Both the position numbers and the translations under genes were made by a program. Positions 1-10,129 of a stretch of 64,000 bases of DNA are shown here, one piece after another; position 1 is the first letter of the stretch, and each line of letters starts with the position of its first letter. The stretch spans positions 1 through 64,000 of the forward strand of contig JBEKXL010000006.1 in NCBI GenBank assembly GCA_049512075.1. Direction: 5' to 3'. The notes beneath the pieces were generated by a model. The model saw only the letters and a list, made by a program, of their open reading frames with translations. It was not told the origin of the DNA and did not search any database. The stretch is from Candidatus Bathyarchaeia archaeon. GTDB lineage: Archaea; Thermoproteota; Bathyarchaeia; Bathyarchaeales; Bathycorpusculaceae.

Positions 1-1
1 T

Positions 2-838
2 CCTGGCGTGGTTGCTTTTGTGGGCTGCGCCAATTACCCCAAGGGCGGGGCAGAAGTTGCTGAAATGGTGACCGAGTTCGCTAACAGACGTTACATAGTT
101 GTGACTTCCGGATGCTCAGCGATGTCTGCTGCTATGTACAAGAATGAAGAGGGCAAGACTCCGTACGAAAACTTCACGGGCGAATTCACCGCAGGCGGCG
201 TCGTCAACGTCGGCTCGTGTGTAGCAAATTCGCACATCGCTGGAGCTGCAATTAAAATTGCCAGCATTTTTGCGAAACGCAATCTGAGAGGCAACTACGA
301 GGAAATAGCCGATTACATATTGAACCGTGTCGGTGCGGTCGGAGTGGCATGGGGCGCCATGTCCCAGAAGGCAGCGGCGATTGCAAGCGGCTTCTGGAGG
401 CTCGGAATACCCGTGGTAGTGGGTCCGCATGGAACAAAGTATCGTCGGATGCTGCTCGGAAGAGCTGACCGTGAAGAGGACTGGTATGTTTATGATGCGC
501 GAACTGGAGAGAAGGTGTATGTTGGGCCTTCGCCTGAACACCTGTTCTGTGCTGTGGAGACGAAGGAAGAAGCAATGGTTATGATTGCCAAGCTGTGTAT
601 GAGGCCTAATGACACGTCGAAGGGTCGAGCGATAAAACTCACCCATTACATCGACTTGCACAAGAGGCTGTTTGGAACAATGCCTGAAGACATTCCACCG
701 TTCGTGCGCACCGTTACTGACATACCTGTCACGATGAAAGACGAAATCATGAAGATATTGCAGGACAAGAAGTGGAAGGAAACAGTTATCCCTGACCCAA
801 CTCTCTTGCCCAGAATGATCCGAAAGAGGAAGGAGTGA
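2..838 (+). CDS. cdhA: ACDS/CODH alpha subunit, C-terminal part (5' end outside window)
   Basis: [29 protein letters not shown] and PEHL motifs of archaeal CdhA; first of five cdh genes. Confidence 0.95.
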   Translation, partial: PGVVAFVGCANYPKGGAEVAEMVTEFANRRYIVVTSGCSAMSAAMYKNEEGKTPYENFTGEFTAGGVVNVGSCVANSHIAGAAIKIASIFAKRNLRGNYEEIADYILNRVGAVGVAWGAMSQKAAAIASGFWRLGIPVVVGPHGTKYRRMLLGRADREEDWYVYDARTGEKVYVGPSPEHLFCAVETKEEAMVMIAKLCMRPNDTSKGRAIKLTHYIDLHKRLFGTMPEDIPPFVRTVTDIPVTMKDEIMKILQDKKWKETVIPDPTLLPRMIRKRKE

Positions 839-845
839 GAGAGCC

Positions 846-1391
846 GTGGCAGCGGAACCCTGGCAAACAGCCGAAGTCTCAGGCCCAAAAAAAGCCTCTG
901 TCATAACAAAGCCTGAAGTCGTCGTTGCGATGATTAAGAAGGCTAAACACCCGATACTCGTGGTCGGCCACAAAGTCGCGGAAATAGATCTCGAAGACAG
1001 AAAGCTGATTGACTTCATCGTTGATTTTGCCCAGAAAACGAAGATTCCAGTCGTCGCCACAGCCCACACAGTAAGCGAGTTTTTGAAAAGGTCCTACAAA
1101 CCCGCAGGGTGGATGCCCGCGGTGGACATTGGAAACAGGCTTGTAGATCCGGAGTGGAAAGGGATTGACGGCAAAGGGCCGCATGATTTGGCTTTGTTCG
1201 TCGGGTTGCCCTATTACATGGAGTTAACTATTCTTTCCGGACTCAAACATTACGCGCCGAATCTCAAAACGGTGACGTTGGACAACGTTTATCACTCGCA
1301 TGCAAGCTGGTCTTTCCCAAACATCCCAGCGAAGGACTGGCTGGAAAACCTCAAGGTCATAATTGACAGGTGTGAAGTAGGAGGCAAATAG
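846..1391 (+). CDS. cdhB: ACDS epsilon subunit
   Basis: AEPWQTAEV, KKAKHPILVVG, WKGIDGKGPHDL, HASWSFPN; position after cdhA. Confidence 0.93.
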   Translation: MAAEPWQTAEVSGPKKASVITKPEVVVAMIKKAKHPILVVGHKVAEIDLEDRKLIDFIVDFAQKTKIPVVATAHTVSEFLKRSYKPAGWMPAVDIGNRLVDPEWKGIDGKGPHDLALFVGLPYYMELTILSGLKHYAPNLKTVTLDNVYHSHASWSFPNIPAKDWLENLKVIIDRCEVGGK

Positions 1392-1395
1392 AGAA

Positions 1396-2805
1396 ATGTC
1401 GATGTTCAAAGACATCCCAGTAGACGTGGGCGTAATCTATGAGGGAGAACGAATTCGAAGAAAAGACATGCAGGTGGAGCTGGGAGGACCAGACGTTAAA
1501 GAAAAGTTTGAGTTGGCACGAGTGAAGGGGCCGGAGGAAATCGAAGACGGAAAAGTGACCATCGTAGGGCCAGACTTGAAGGACATGGAAGAGGGAAAGG
1601 CCTACCCGTTCGGCATCCTCATCGAAGTTACGGGCGCCAAGCTGGACCCGGAACTTGAAGGTGTCATAGAAAGGCGCATACACGCTTTCAGCAACTTCAT
1701 CGAAGGCTTCATGCACCTCAACCAACGCTACGACATCTGGCTTAGACTGAGCAAGAAATCCTTCCAGAAAGGGCTGAACTCCTTCGAGTACATCGGAAAA
1801 GTCCTGCATCGACTCTTCAAGAGCGAACTGCCCATAATCGAGAAAATGCAGGTGACATTCATCACAGACCCTGAAAGGGTGAAAGAGATGTACGGCGAGT
1901 CTCTGCAGATTTACGAAGCCAGAGACGCCAGAGCCAGAGGATTGAAGGACGAAGAGGTTGACAAGTTCTACGGCTGCGTTCTGTGCCAATCGTTCGCTCC
2001 AACCCACGTGTGCGTCATTACGCCTCAGCGATACTCCAACTGCGGTGCCATAAGCTGGTTTGACGGGAAGGCGGCGGCAAGCATAGACCCGAAGGGCCCA
2101 ATCTTCACAATCGAAAGGGGAGAACAGCTGGACGCCGAGAAAGGAGAATATTCAGGCGTGAACGAAGCGGTTAAGAAAAAATCCCTAGGGGAAATCACGA
2201 AAGTCCAACTCTACACAGCTTTCGGCCATCCACACACTTCGTGCGGCTGTTTTGAAAGCGTAGCCTTCTACGTACCGGAGACAGACGGGTTCGGCATCGT
2301 GCACAGAGGATTCAAAGATGTGACCGTGAACGGACTGGCGTTCTCAACGTTGGCTGACTCCACGGCGGGCGGCCGTCAAGTGGACGGTTTCCACGGACTG
2401 TCAATAGAGTATATGAGGTCCTCAAAGTTCCTGCAGGCCGACGGCGGCTGGAACCGAATCGTGTGGCTGCCCAAAGAAGTGAAAGACAGAGTCAAAAACT
2501 TCATCCCGCCAGACGTTGTCGACAAAATTGCCACCGAAGAGAACGCAAAAACCATTGACGAGCTGAAGGCTTTCCTGAAAGAGCACAACCACCCAGTCGT
2601 TGCAAACTGGAAGGAAGAAACGCCAGAAGCCGCAGAAGCGACATCAGAAGAAGCAGGAGAGGAAGCTCAGCTAGTGCCCGCCGTTACGGCGGCAACACTA
2701 CCCATAACGGCCGGCGGTTTCAAGATAATCTTGAAGGACGCAAAAATCTACGCGAAAAAAGTGATCATCCGTCAACTCAGAAGTGAAAAATCGGAGAACA
2801 GGTGA
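1396..2805 (+). CDS. cdhC: ACDS beta subunit (acetyl-CoA synthase)
   Basis: YEGERIR, CVLCQSFAPTHVC and HTSCGCFE A-cluster motifs. Confidence 0.97.
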   Translation: MSMFKDIPVDVGVIYEGERIRRKDMQVELGGPDVKEKFELARVKGPEEIEDGKVTIVGPDLKDMEEGKAYPFGILIEVTGAKLDPELEGVIERRIHAFSNFIEGFMHLNQRYDIWLRLSKKSFQKGLNSFEYIGKVLHRLFKSELPIIEKMQVTFITDPERVKEMYGESLQIYEARDARARGLKDEEVDKFYGCVLCQSFAPTHVCVITPQRYSNCGAISWFDGKAAASIDPKGPIFTIERGEQLDAEKGEYSGVNEAVKKKSLGEITKVQLYTAFGHPHTSCGCFESVAFYVPETDGFGIVHRGFKDVTVNGLAFSTLADSTAGGRQVDGFHGLSIEYMRSSKFLQADGGWNRIVWLPKEVKDRVKNFIPPDVVDKIATEENAKTIDELKAFLKEHNHPVVANWKEETPEAAEATSEEAGEEAQLVPAVTAATLPITAGGFKIILKDAKIYAKKVIIRQLRSEKSENR

Positions 2806-2811
2806 AAAAGC

Positions 2812-4044
2812 TTGCCCGAAAAAGAGAAAGAGAAGGAGAAAGAAGAGAACCCCCTTGGGCTGAAGTTCAGTCCACGCCTCACAGAGCTGCTCGCAAAACT
2901 CCAAGAAATAGAACTCGAAGACTTCGAGATGGAAGTCGGCAACTTGGAAATCTCGATTCAACCAGGCACGGTTGCTTCGCGCGTAATCTCGCAACCCAAG
3001 ATAGTCACACCGCCAAAGATTAAGCCTCAAACTATCATACAGACCGGATTCATTCCACCAGTCAAAACGTATCCCGGCCAAATTGTGGAAGTGAAGCTTG
3101 GAGCGACTAAAAAAGAAGGTGGAACCCGCGGAAAATCCGTCGTCATAGGAGGCGAAACCGCACCCGCTTTCTACACTTTTGAGAAACCCACGTTGCACAC
3201 TCCTGTCGTGGCGTTGGACATTTTCGACATGGAAGTTCCCCTTCCAAAGGCCGTCAAGATGCACGTCAAAGAAGTGGTGGGCGATCCTGCGGCCTGGGCC
3301 AAGCTCGCGGTCGAAAAGTTTGGAGCTGACCTCCTAACCATACACTTGATCAGCATTGATCCACTCTTGAAAGACGCTCCACCGAAAGAGGCGGTCAAAA
3401 CTGTTGAGAAGGTCGTTCAAGCAGTGGACGTGCCTCTAGTGATCGGCGGATGCGGAGATCCAATCAAAGACACTGAGGCCTTTGCAGAAATCGCTGAAAC
3501 CTTTGCAGGTGAGAGGTTTCTAATCAGCTCAGTGACTAGGGACATGAACGTTGAACGCTGCGCAAAGTTCATAAAGAAGAACGGGCACGTGGCGCTGTCC
3601 TTCACTCCGATGGACTTAAACTTGGCCAGAGAACTCAACCGTCGACTCTATGACTTCATGCCCAAAGAGGACATTGTGATGGATTTGACGACGGCGGCAC
3701 TCGGATATGGACTGGACTACGCGTTTACTAACATGGAGAGGGCCAGACTCGGCGGGCTAATGGGAGACCCTGAGTTGGCGCATCCAATGTCTTCAGGAAC
3801 TACAAACGCCTGGGCAGCACGAGAGGCTTGGCTGAAAATGGCCCCCGAATGGGAACCCCGGGAACTGCGAGGTCCCCTGTGGGAGGTGACCACAGCCGTG
3901 ACGCTTCTACTTGCGGGCGTCGACCTGTTCATGATGATGCACCCGGCCGCGGTGAAAACCCTCAAAGACATAATCAGAGAACTCGAATGCGGCAGTTCGG
4001 GCAACGCTGGAAAACTTGCAGAATGGGTCTCCGCCAAAGTCTAG
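2812..4044 (+). CDS. cdhD: ACDS delta subunit (small corrinoid Fe-S protein subunit)
   Basis: GGTRGKSVVIGGE, DPAAWAK, ALGYGLDY, AWAAREAW, MMHP; TTG start after GGTGA. Confidence 0.95.
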   Translation: MPEKEKEKEKEENPLGLKFSPRLTELLAKLQEIELEDFEMEVGNLEISIQPGTVASRVISQPKIVTPPKIKPQTIIQTGFIPPVKTYPGQIVEVKLGATKKEGGTRGKSVVIGGETAPAFYTFEKPTLHTPVVALDIFDMEVPLPKAVKMHVKEVVGDPAAWAKLAVEKFGADLLTIHLISIDPLLKDAPPKEAVKTVEKVVQAVDVPLVIGGCGDPIKDTEAFAEIAETFAGERFLISSVTRDMNVERCAKFIKKNGHVALSFTPMDLNLARELNRRLYDFMPKEDIVMDLTTAALGYGLDYAFTNMERARLGGLMGDPELAHPMSSGTTNAWAAREAWLKMAPEWEPRELRGPLWEVTTAVTLLLAGVDLFMMMHPAAVKTLKDIIRELECGSSGNAGKLAEWVSAKV

Positions 4045-4062
4045 ATCTCAAGGTGTACGTAT

Positions 4063-5502
4063 ATGAGTGAAAAGGAAGGCAAAAAAAGAGTCGGCATAAA
4101 AGAGCTAAGCCCGATAGACGTTTACAAGCTTCTTCCGAAGACGAACTGCAAAGAGTGCGGAGAAGAAAACTGTTTAGCGTTTGCAACAAAACTCGTCAAC
4201 CGCGAAGTAACGCTGGAAAAATGCAAACCGCTCCTAGCCAAAATGCAGGAGAGAGCCTACAAACAGCTGAAGGAAATGTTGAAACCAGCCATAAAAGAAG
4301 TCGCCGTGGGCGTCGGTGACAAAGCTGTGAAAATCGGCGGAAAACTCGTCATGTACAGACACGAGTTCACATACACCAACCCGACGGCCATCGCCATCGA
4401 CGTGACTGATGAAATGCCTGATGAAATGATGTTGGACAGGGTGAAGCGGACTGAAGGCTTCACCTTCGAGTACATAGGGCAGACATTGAGACTCAACATG
4501 GTTGCCGTCCGCTCCACTTCAAACGACCCTGACAAGTTCGCAGCCACCGTCAAGAAAGTAGCAGAAAGCACGGGCCTGCCACTCATTCTGTGCTCGTTGG
4601 ACCCCAACGTTTTGGAAGCAGGAGTGATGGCCATTCCGAAATCTAGACCGCTCTTGTACGCGGCTACGAAAGACAACTGGAAGGAAATGGCAGAGCTTGC
4701 CCTGATGTACAATTGCCCTCTCGCGGTTCTTGCGCCAAACGATTTGAAAATGCTCCTATCCCTGGCTAAGACCCTGATGGAATACGGCGTTGAAGACTTG
4801 GTGTTGGATCCTGGCACCTTCTCAAGCGACGGTTTAGCAGACACACTGAACAACTTCACGATGATTCGCAGGGCCGCATGCGAGAAAGGAGACGAGCTCT
4901 GCGGTTTTCCTCTCATAGGCGTGCCTATGGTCGCCTGGATGGAAAGGGGCGAAGCCGTGGACGAAATCGTGAAGTGGAGAGAGGCCTACTTGGCATCGAT
5001 GCTTATCGTCCGCTTCGCGGACATCGTTGTCATGCACAGCGTTGACGGCTGGTCACTTCTTCCAAGCGTTATACTTCGGCAAAACATTTACACCGACCCC
5101 CGAAAGCCGGTGGCTGTTGAATCAGGCCTGAAAGTGTTCGGCACTCCTGAAGAAAACTCGCCGGTGATGTTCACAACAAACTTTGCGCTCACGTACTTCA
5201 CTGTCGCCTCGGACATCGAATCTGCGAAAATTAGCGCGTACGTGCTTGTCGTAGACACGGAAGGAACAGCCGTAGATAGCGCAGTGGCAGGGAGAAAGCT
5301 GACAGCGGAGAAAATCGCGGACGCTATAAAGGCTTCGGGAATTGAAAGCAAAGTCAAACACAAGAAACTCATAATTCCCGGAAAATCCGCCCGTCTCAGC
5401 GGCGAAATCGAAGAGCTCAGCGGCTGGCAAGTACTAGTCGGCCCCAGAGACTCTTCGGAGATTCCCAAATTCCTGCAGGAAAAATGGCAAAAACAGGCAT
5501 GA
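4063..5502 (+). CDS. cdhE: ACDS gamma subunit (large corrinoid Fe-S protein subunit)
   Basis: LPKTNCKECGEENCLAFA Fe-S motif, NIYTDPRKP, TTNFALTY, VGPRDSS. Confidence 0.97.
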   Translation: MSEKEGKKRVGIKELSPIDVYKLLPKTNCKECGEENCLAFATKLVNREVTLEKCKPLLAKMQERAYKQLKEMLKPAIKEVAVGVGDKAVKIGGKLVMYRHEFTYTNPTAIAIDVTDEMPDEMMLDRVKRTEGFTFEYIGQTLRLNMVAVRSTSNDPDKFAATVKKVAESTGLPLILCSLDPNVLEAGVMAIPKSRPLLYAATKDNWKEMAELALMYNCPLAVLAPNDLKMLLSLAKTLMEYGVEDLVLDPGTFSSDGLADTLNNFTMIRRAACEKGDELCGFPLIGVPMVAWMERGEAVDEIVKWREAYLASMLIVRFADIVVMHSVDGWSLLPSVILRQNIYTDPRKPVAVESGLKVFGTPEENSPVMFTTNFALTYFTVASDIESAKISAYVLVVDTEGTAVDSAVAGRKLTAEKIADAIKASGIESKVKHKKLIIPGKSARLSGEIEELSGWQVLVGPRDSSEIPKFLQEKWQKQA

Positions 5503-5775
5503 TTTCGTCAATCAGCTGTACCAAACATGTATTTGCTTTGTCGAGTTAAATTGGCGGATGTCTGCACTGCAGGCAGGCCTCTTGTCCAACTTGTTCTTTG
5601 AAATGAATCATCCAGTTCGGCGCGCGGGTGCTTGGAATAGACTTGCTATTCCCATTTGAATAAGCGGGCGCAGGAAGATTTTGACATTTGAAGTGGGAAA
5701 CGAAACTGATAAAAGAGTTACTTTTATCTGTATGAGTGAAAAATTGGGTTTCTAAGAACAAGGAGGACATGTGAG

Positions 5776-8196
5776 ATGGCAGACGAGTTGTCCGCAGAGA
5801 AGATTAGAAGAGAATGTACTTCTAACCTTATGCGTTGTGAGACCACGCAAGAGTTGACGCCTCTCAAAGAGATTATAGGCCAAGAGAGGGCTGTTAGAGC
5901 TCTTAAATTCGGGCTGGGAATCAAGGACCGCGGTTTCAACATGTACGTTGCAGGTTTTCCTGGAACAGGCAGGACGACAGCTGTTAAGAACTTTGTGGAG
6001 GATCTGGCCCGAACCAGACCGGTCCCCTATGACTGGTGTTACGTGAATAACTTTCACAACCAATACGAGCCCAAAGCCCTGAAGCTTCCCGCCGGAAAGG
6101 GTAGACACCTCCGAGATGCCATGGGCACTTTCGTCAGTGAAGCGCAGAGGACCCTGCCGAAAGCATTTGAAAGCGAGGATTACGGCACAAGAAGAGCGGC
6201 CGCTATCAAAACTGTTGAAGAGGAAAGACAGAAACTCATCGCCCAACTGACGAAACAGGCCCAAGAACAGGGTTTCATTCTGCAGGCGTCGCCCATCGGT
6301 TGGCTCATGATTCCAGTAATCAAAGGAAAACCCGTGAACGATCAAGAATTCATTGCGTTAGACCCGAAAATACGCGACGGAATAGAGAAGAAAAGACAGC
6401 AACTGACCGACCAATTCACAAGCGCCATGAGACAGCTCAGAGAATTGGAAGGAAAAACCGACGAAGCGCTTAAGAAACTCAACCGCGACGTTGCACTTTT
6501 TGCCATCGGGCACATGGTAGCTGACTTAAAAGAGGAATACAAAGACTTCCCAGATGTGATCACCTACATCGATGCGGTGCAGACTGACATCTTAAGCAAC
6601 TTGCCCCACTTCATAAAGGAGCCCGCGGAAGAGTCTCCACCACTCCCTTTTCCAACTCGTTGGATGAGGGAGACACCCTTCAAAAAGTACGAAGTAAACG
6701 TTATCGTTGATAACTCAGACGTCAGCGGAGCCCCCGTCGTAACAGAGTTTAACCCCACTTACCCGCATCTCTTCGGCAGAATAGAGAAGGAAGCCCAGTT
6801 CGGCGCCCTTGTTACCGACTTCACCATGATCCGCGGCGGAACATTGCACAAGGCTAACGGTGGATATCTGATTCTTCCAGTTGAAGAACTGCTTCGCAAC
6901 CCGTTCTCGTACGAAGGCTTGAAAAGAGCCCTCAAAAACGACCACATAGTTATCGAAGAGGCAGAAGAGACTCTGGGATTCATAGCAACAAAGAGCTTGA
7001 AACCCGAACCGATTCCCTTGAACGTTAAGGTTATCCTCATCGGAGACCCCTACCTGTACCAGCAGTTGTACAGCCTGGACATGGAATTCAACCAGCTCTT
7101 CAAGGTCAAAGCAGATTTTGACACAACTATGGATAGGACGGAAGAAAACGTACAACAATACGCTGCTTTCGTCTGCACACTGTGCCAGAAAGAAAACCTG
7201 AAACACCTCGACGGCTCAGGCCTGGCCAAACTAATCGAACACAGTTCAAGACTGGCCGAAGACCAGCAGAAACTGTCAACCCGGTTTGCCGAAGTTGCAG
7301 ACACCATTCGGGAAGCCAACTTCTACGCCACGCAAGAGAACTCCGAGGTTGTAACTGGAACTCACGTGAAAAAAGCCATCGAAGAAAAGGTTTACCGTTC
7401 AAAACTCATACAGGAGAAGATAGACGAGATGATAGAAAGAGGCATTCTGCTCATCGACACAGAGGCAGTAAGCGTGGGACAGGTGAACGGCCTTTCCGTA
7501 ATAGATTTGGGTGACTTCGAGTTCGGCACTCCTTCACGCGTGACGGCGAGCGTGGGCCTCGGCCGCGAAGGAGTCATCGACATCGAACGTGAAGCCAAAA
7601 CAGGAGGACCCATCCACACCAAGGGCGTTCTGATTCTAAGCGGCTACCTGAACGAGAAATATGCACAAGACAAGCCTCTCAGCCTCTCAGCCCGCCTTGT
7701 TTTCGAACAGAACTACGAGGGAGTGGAAGGTGACAGCGCCTCAAGCACCGAACTCTACTCTATCCTCTCAGCTCTCTCTCAGCTACCAATAAAGCAAAAC
7801 CTCGCCGTCACAGGCTCCGTGAACCAGAAGGGCGAAGTTCAAGCCATTGGCGGAGTGAACGAAAAAATCGAAGGCTTCTTCGAGGTCTGCAAAGCCAAAG
7901 GTCTCACTGGAAAACAAGGAGTCATGATGCCCGAAAGCAACGTGCAAAACCTGATGCTGAAAGAAGAAATAGTCGATGCCGTCAAAGAAGGAAAATTCCA
8001 CATCATCTCCGTCAAAACCATCGACGAAGGAATAGAAGTTCTAACAGGCGTCAAAGCTGGTGGGAAGCAGAAGGATGGAACGTTCGAAGAAGGAACCGTC
8101 AACGATAGAGTAGACAAACGCCTAAAACAAATGGCAGAAAAGCTCAAGGAATATCCCTCAGTTTCCACGGAAAGGGAGAAGAAAACCGAAAGCTAA
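5776..8196 (+). CDS. Lon-family (S16) protease, LonC-like with degenerate AAA module
   Basis: GQERA, GFPGTGRT, LHKANGGYL, GQVNGLSV, EGDSASSTE (catalytic Ser), GGVNEKIEGFF (catalytic Lys); no TM insert. Confidence 0.88.
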   Translation: MADELSAEKIRRECTSNLMRCETTQELTPLKEIIGQERAVRALKFGLGIKDRGFNMYVAGFPGTGRTTAVKNFVEDLARTRPVPYDWCYVNNFHNQYEPKALKLPAGKGRHLRDAMGTFVSEAQRTLPKAFESEDYGTRRAAAIKTVEEERQKLIAQLTKQAQEQGFILQASPIGWLMIPVIKGKPVNDQEFIALDPKIRDGIEKKRQQLTDQFTSAMRQLRELEGKTDEALKKLNRDVALFAIGHMVADLKEEYKDFPDVITYIDAVQTDILSNLPHFIKEPAEESPPLPFPTRWMRETPFKKYEVNVIVDNSDVSGAPVVTEFNPTYPHLFGRIEKEAQFGALVTDFTMIRGGTLHKANGGYLILPVEELLRNPFSYEGLKRALKNDHIVIEEAEETLGFIATKSLKPEPIPLNVKVILIGDPYLYQQLYSLDMEFNQLFKVKADFDTTMDRTEENVQQYAAFVCTLCQKENLKHLDGSGLAKLIEHSSRLAEDQQKLSTRFAEVADTIREANFYATQENSEVVTGTHVKKAIEEKVYRSKLIQEKIDEMIERGILLIDTEAVSVGQVNGLSVIDLGDFEFGTPSRVTASVGLGREGVIDIEREAKTGGPIHTKGVLILSGYLNEKYAQDKPLSLSARLVFEQNYEGVEGDSASSTELYSILSALSQLPIKQNLAVTGSVNQKGEVQAIGGVNEKIEGFFEVCKAKGLTGKQGVMMPESNVQNLMLKEEIVDAVKEGKFHIISVKTIDEGIEVLTGVKAGGKQKDGTFEEGTVNDRVDKRLKQMAEKLKEYPSVSTEREKKTES

Positions 8197-8430
8197 CCGT
8201 AAAGACTAGAAGTGCGCGCCATTCCGATTGTCTAAAGCACATGAATCTTTCTTCGTAGACAGATGTGACATCTGAGGAGGCTGAAGCCTACATTTCGTTC
8301 TTGGATGCTTTCAGACAGGGCAAACGAGTAGGCGACGGCGCGCGCGCAGGGCGAGTGCGCAAGAGGACGAAGGAAGGAGACACCATAATAGTAGTTGGCG
8401 CCGGCAACACATTGGGCATCGAGTAACAAT

Positions 8431-9237
8431 TCAGCGTCTACGTGTGCAACGACCATGTTCTAGCGCTTTTTCTACTGATTCTCGTATGATGAAGCCGCCG
8501 AGGTGCAGTATCGGCTCTTTTGTTTCAGGGTCAACGCCCATCGTCGCGGTGCATGGATAACTGTGATGAGCTTTCGCTATCGCGTCATAAAGAATACCCT
8601 TCTCTGTATCCACTCCGGTCAGTTTTCTTGCCACGTACCACGTGGAGCCGCAGGGCGCGCTTCGCATGACAACCGCCGCCTCTATGACCTCACACTTGTC
8701 TTTCTTCGCAATCGAAATCTCTAACACGGGTTTTCCAATCCTTAATTCGGTGACGCATCTCGATATCGTCGGTTTGCTCTCGGAGGGTTCCAGCGAACAG
8801 AAGGGTTTCGGAAAGGCACTTTCAAGCCCAAGTTCCCGGCACTTTTCTTCAACCTGCTTCCTCAGGCCCGTCGGAACCTCTACAAAATCCTCTACGGGCA
8901 CGATTAACCCCTTCACTCCTGCCGTGTGCAGGCGATTCGGCAACTCCAAAAGCAAATCTTTGTGCAGGCCCGACGCTATGCACAAGTCTACTTTAGGGAT
9001 TTTCTTCGACATGTGCTCATCCGGGTTATCGATGAAGGCTGGAAGGTCTGCAGGACTAGGCAGTTCTATCGCTGCCTTTATGTTCTGAACATGAGTGTAG
9101 CCACCGTACTTGCAGGAGTCACAGTAGAGCCCGCACGGTTTGCAGAAGCTTGGATCGTTGATGAGGTTCCTTATCACGCGTTCCGCAAATTCTCCGCTGT
9201 AAACGAAAACCAAAGCTAACGCTTTCTCTTTATCCAT
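8431..9237 (-). CDS. DUF166 family protein
   Basis: LPAFIDNP, LHKDLL, PKPFCSL, RSAPCGSTWYVA, HHSYPCTA pattern; extra CxxCxxxCxxC near N-terminus; start at ATG 9237 assumed. Confidence 0.75.
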   Translation of the reverse strand: MDKEKALALVFVYSGEFAERVIRNLINDPSFCKPCGLYCDSCKYGGYTHVQNIKAAIELPSPADLPAFIDNPDEHMSKKIPKVDLCIASGLHKDLLLELPNRLHTAGVKGLIVPVEDFVEVPTGLRKQVEEKCRELGLESAFPKPFCSLEPSESKPTISRCVTELRIGKPVLEISIAKKDKCEVIEAAVVMRSAPCGSTWYVARKLTGVDTEKGILYDAIAKAHHSYPCTATMGVDPETKEPILHLGGFIIRESVEKALEHGRCTRRR

Positions 9238-9370
9238 CGGGCTCAAGCCTGTTCCACATGAGAAATCTGAGCATGTCAAGTTCTTTATGTTTTCCCTTTT
9301 AGCGTAAGCAACTTCCAGAAGACGCTTTGTTGCTGAAAGAGTTAGTTAATGAAGGGTTAATACAAATTCT

Positions 9371-9850
9371 TCATGGCGCCTTCTTCTTGCGTCGCTTGAG
9401 GTAGTCTTCAGGTTCGGGAAAGACCTCTTTGATTCGTTCCAGGCGTTTTCTTGTGTTGACGTTGCTTTGTTGGGTTATGAAGTCTCTTGGCTTGCTGAAG
9501 GTTTCAACTTCGCCTGTTAATCTTTTCCTCGTGATTTTTATGCAGTCATCAACGATGCAGCTCAATACGCACGCTCCGCAGTATATGCAAAGCTCCTCGG
9601 TCAATCCGATTTCTCCCGCTTTCCAGAACAGGGCATTTGTTGGGCATGCTTTGATGCAGAGTTTGCATTCAACGCCGTGACAAATCCTCTTGTTTATGGT
9701 TATGGTTCCTTCAGCGAAGAATTCCTTCGCGCCTAAAGGTGCGAGAATTTCCTCCCTTCGTTTCTTCTTATCTCTTTTTCCAGTGTCCTCTAAGAGTTCG
9801 AATATGTCGACGCTCGGAGACTTCTCGCCTTTCTTGGGCATCTGCTTCAT
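9371..9850 (-). CDS. 2x[4Fe-4S] ferredoxin-domain protein
   Basis: CHGVECKLCIKACP and CIYCGACVLSC. Confidence 0.85.
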   Translation of the reverse strand: MKQMPKKGEKSPSVDIFELLEDTGKRDKKKRREEILAPLGAKEFFAEGTITINKRICHGVECKLCIKACPTNALFWKAGEIGLTEELCIYCGACVLSCIVDDCIKITRKRLTGEVETFSKPRDFITQQSNVNTRKRLERIKEVFPEPEDYLKRRKKKAP

Positions 9851-10129
9851 CTTTCAAGCTAGTGCTCATCGAAACGTATGTCAGACTTATGAATTACAAT
9901 TATCAGATCTGAACCCTAAATGTGCATTGGTCCAGCGCACCGAGAATTGCATGAGACGGACAGAGATAACAGATTCTCTGAATCATCCTCAGTCTGCCCC
10001 ATTTGTTCAAATCTCTTCCTCAGCACAAATCGATTTGAATTTGCTTCCGTATGACATTTTCCTCCTACATCGGAGGGTAAGTGTTTTATACAGAGTGATA
10101 GTTCTTTGAAAGAACTAAACAGGTGAGAC

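Noticed and set aside
116-1069. 317-aa antisense ORF and the many other ORFs overlapping clear genes
   Set aside because: Shadow frames of well-supported genes with no motifs of their own
8265-8426. 53-codon plus-strand ORF ending KEGDTIIVVGAGN
   Set aside because: The motif is compatible with several unrelated folds and is too short to assign; at most a gene remnant
9887-10057. Minus-strand frame after a GGAGG with three in-frame TGA codons (MSYGSKFKSICAEEEI*TNGAD*G*...), suggestive of a selenopeptide
   Set aside because: No recognisable SECIS or Sec machinery in the window, and the downstream translation is not protein-like; chance stops are more likely
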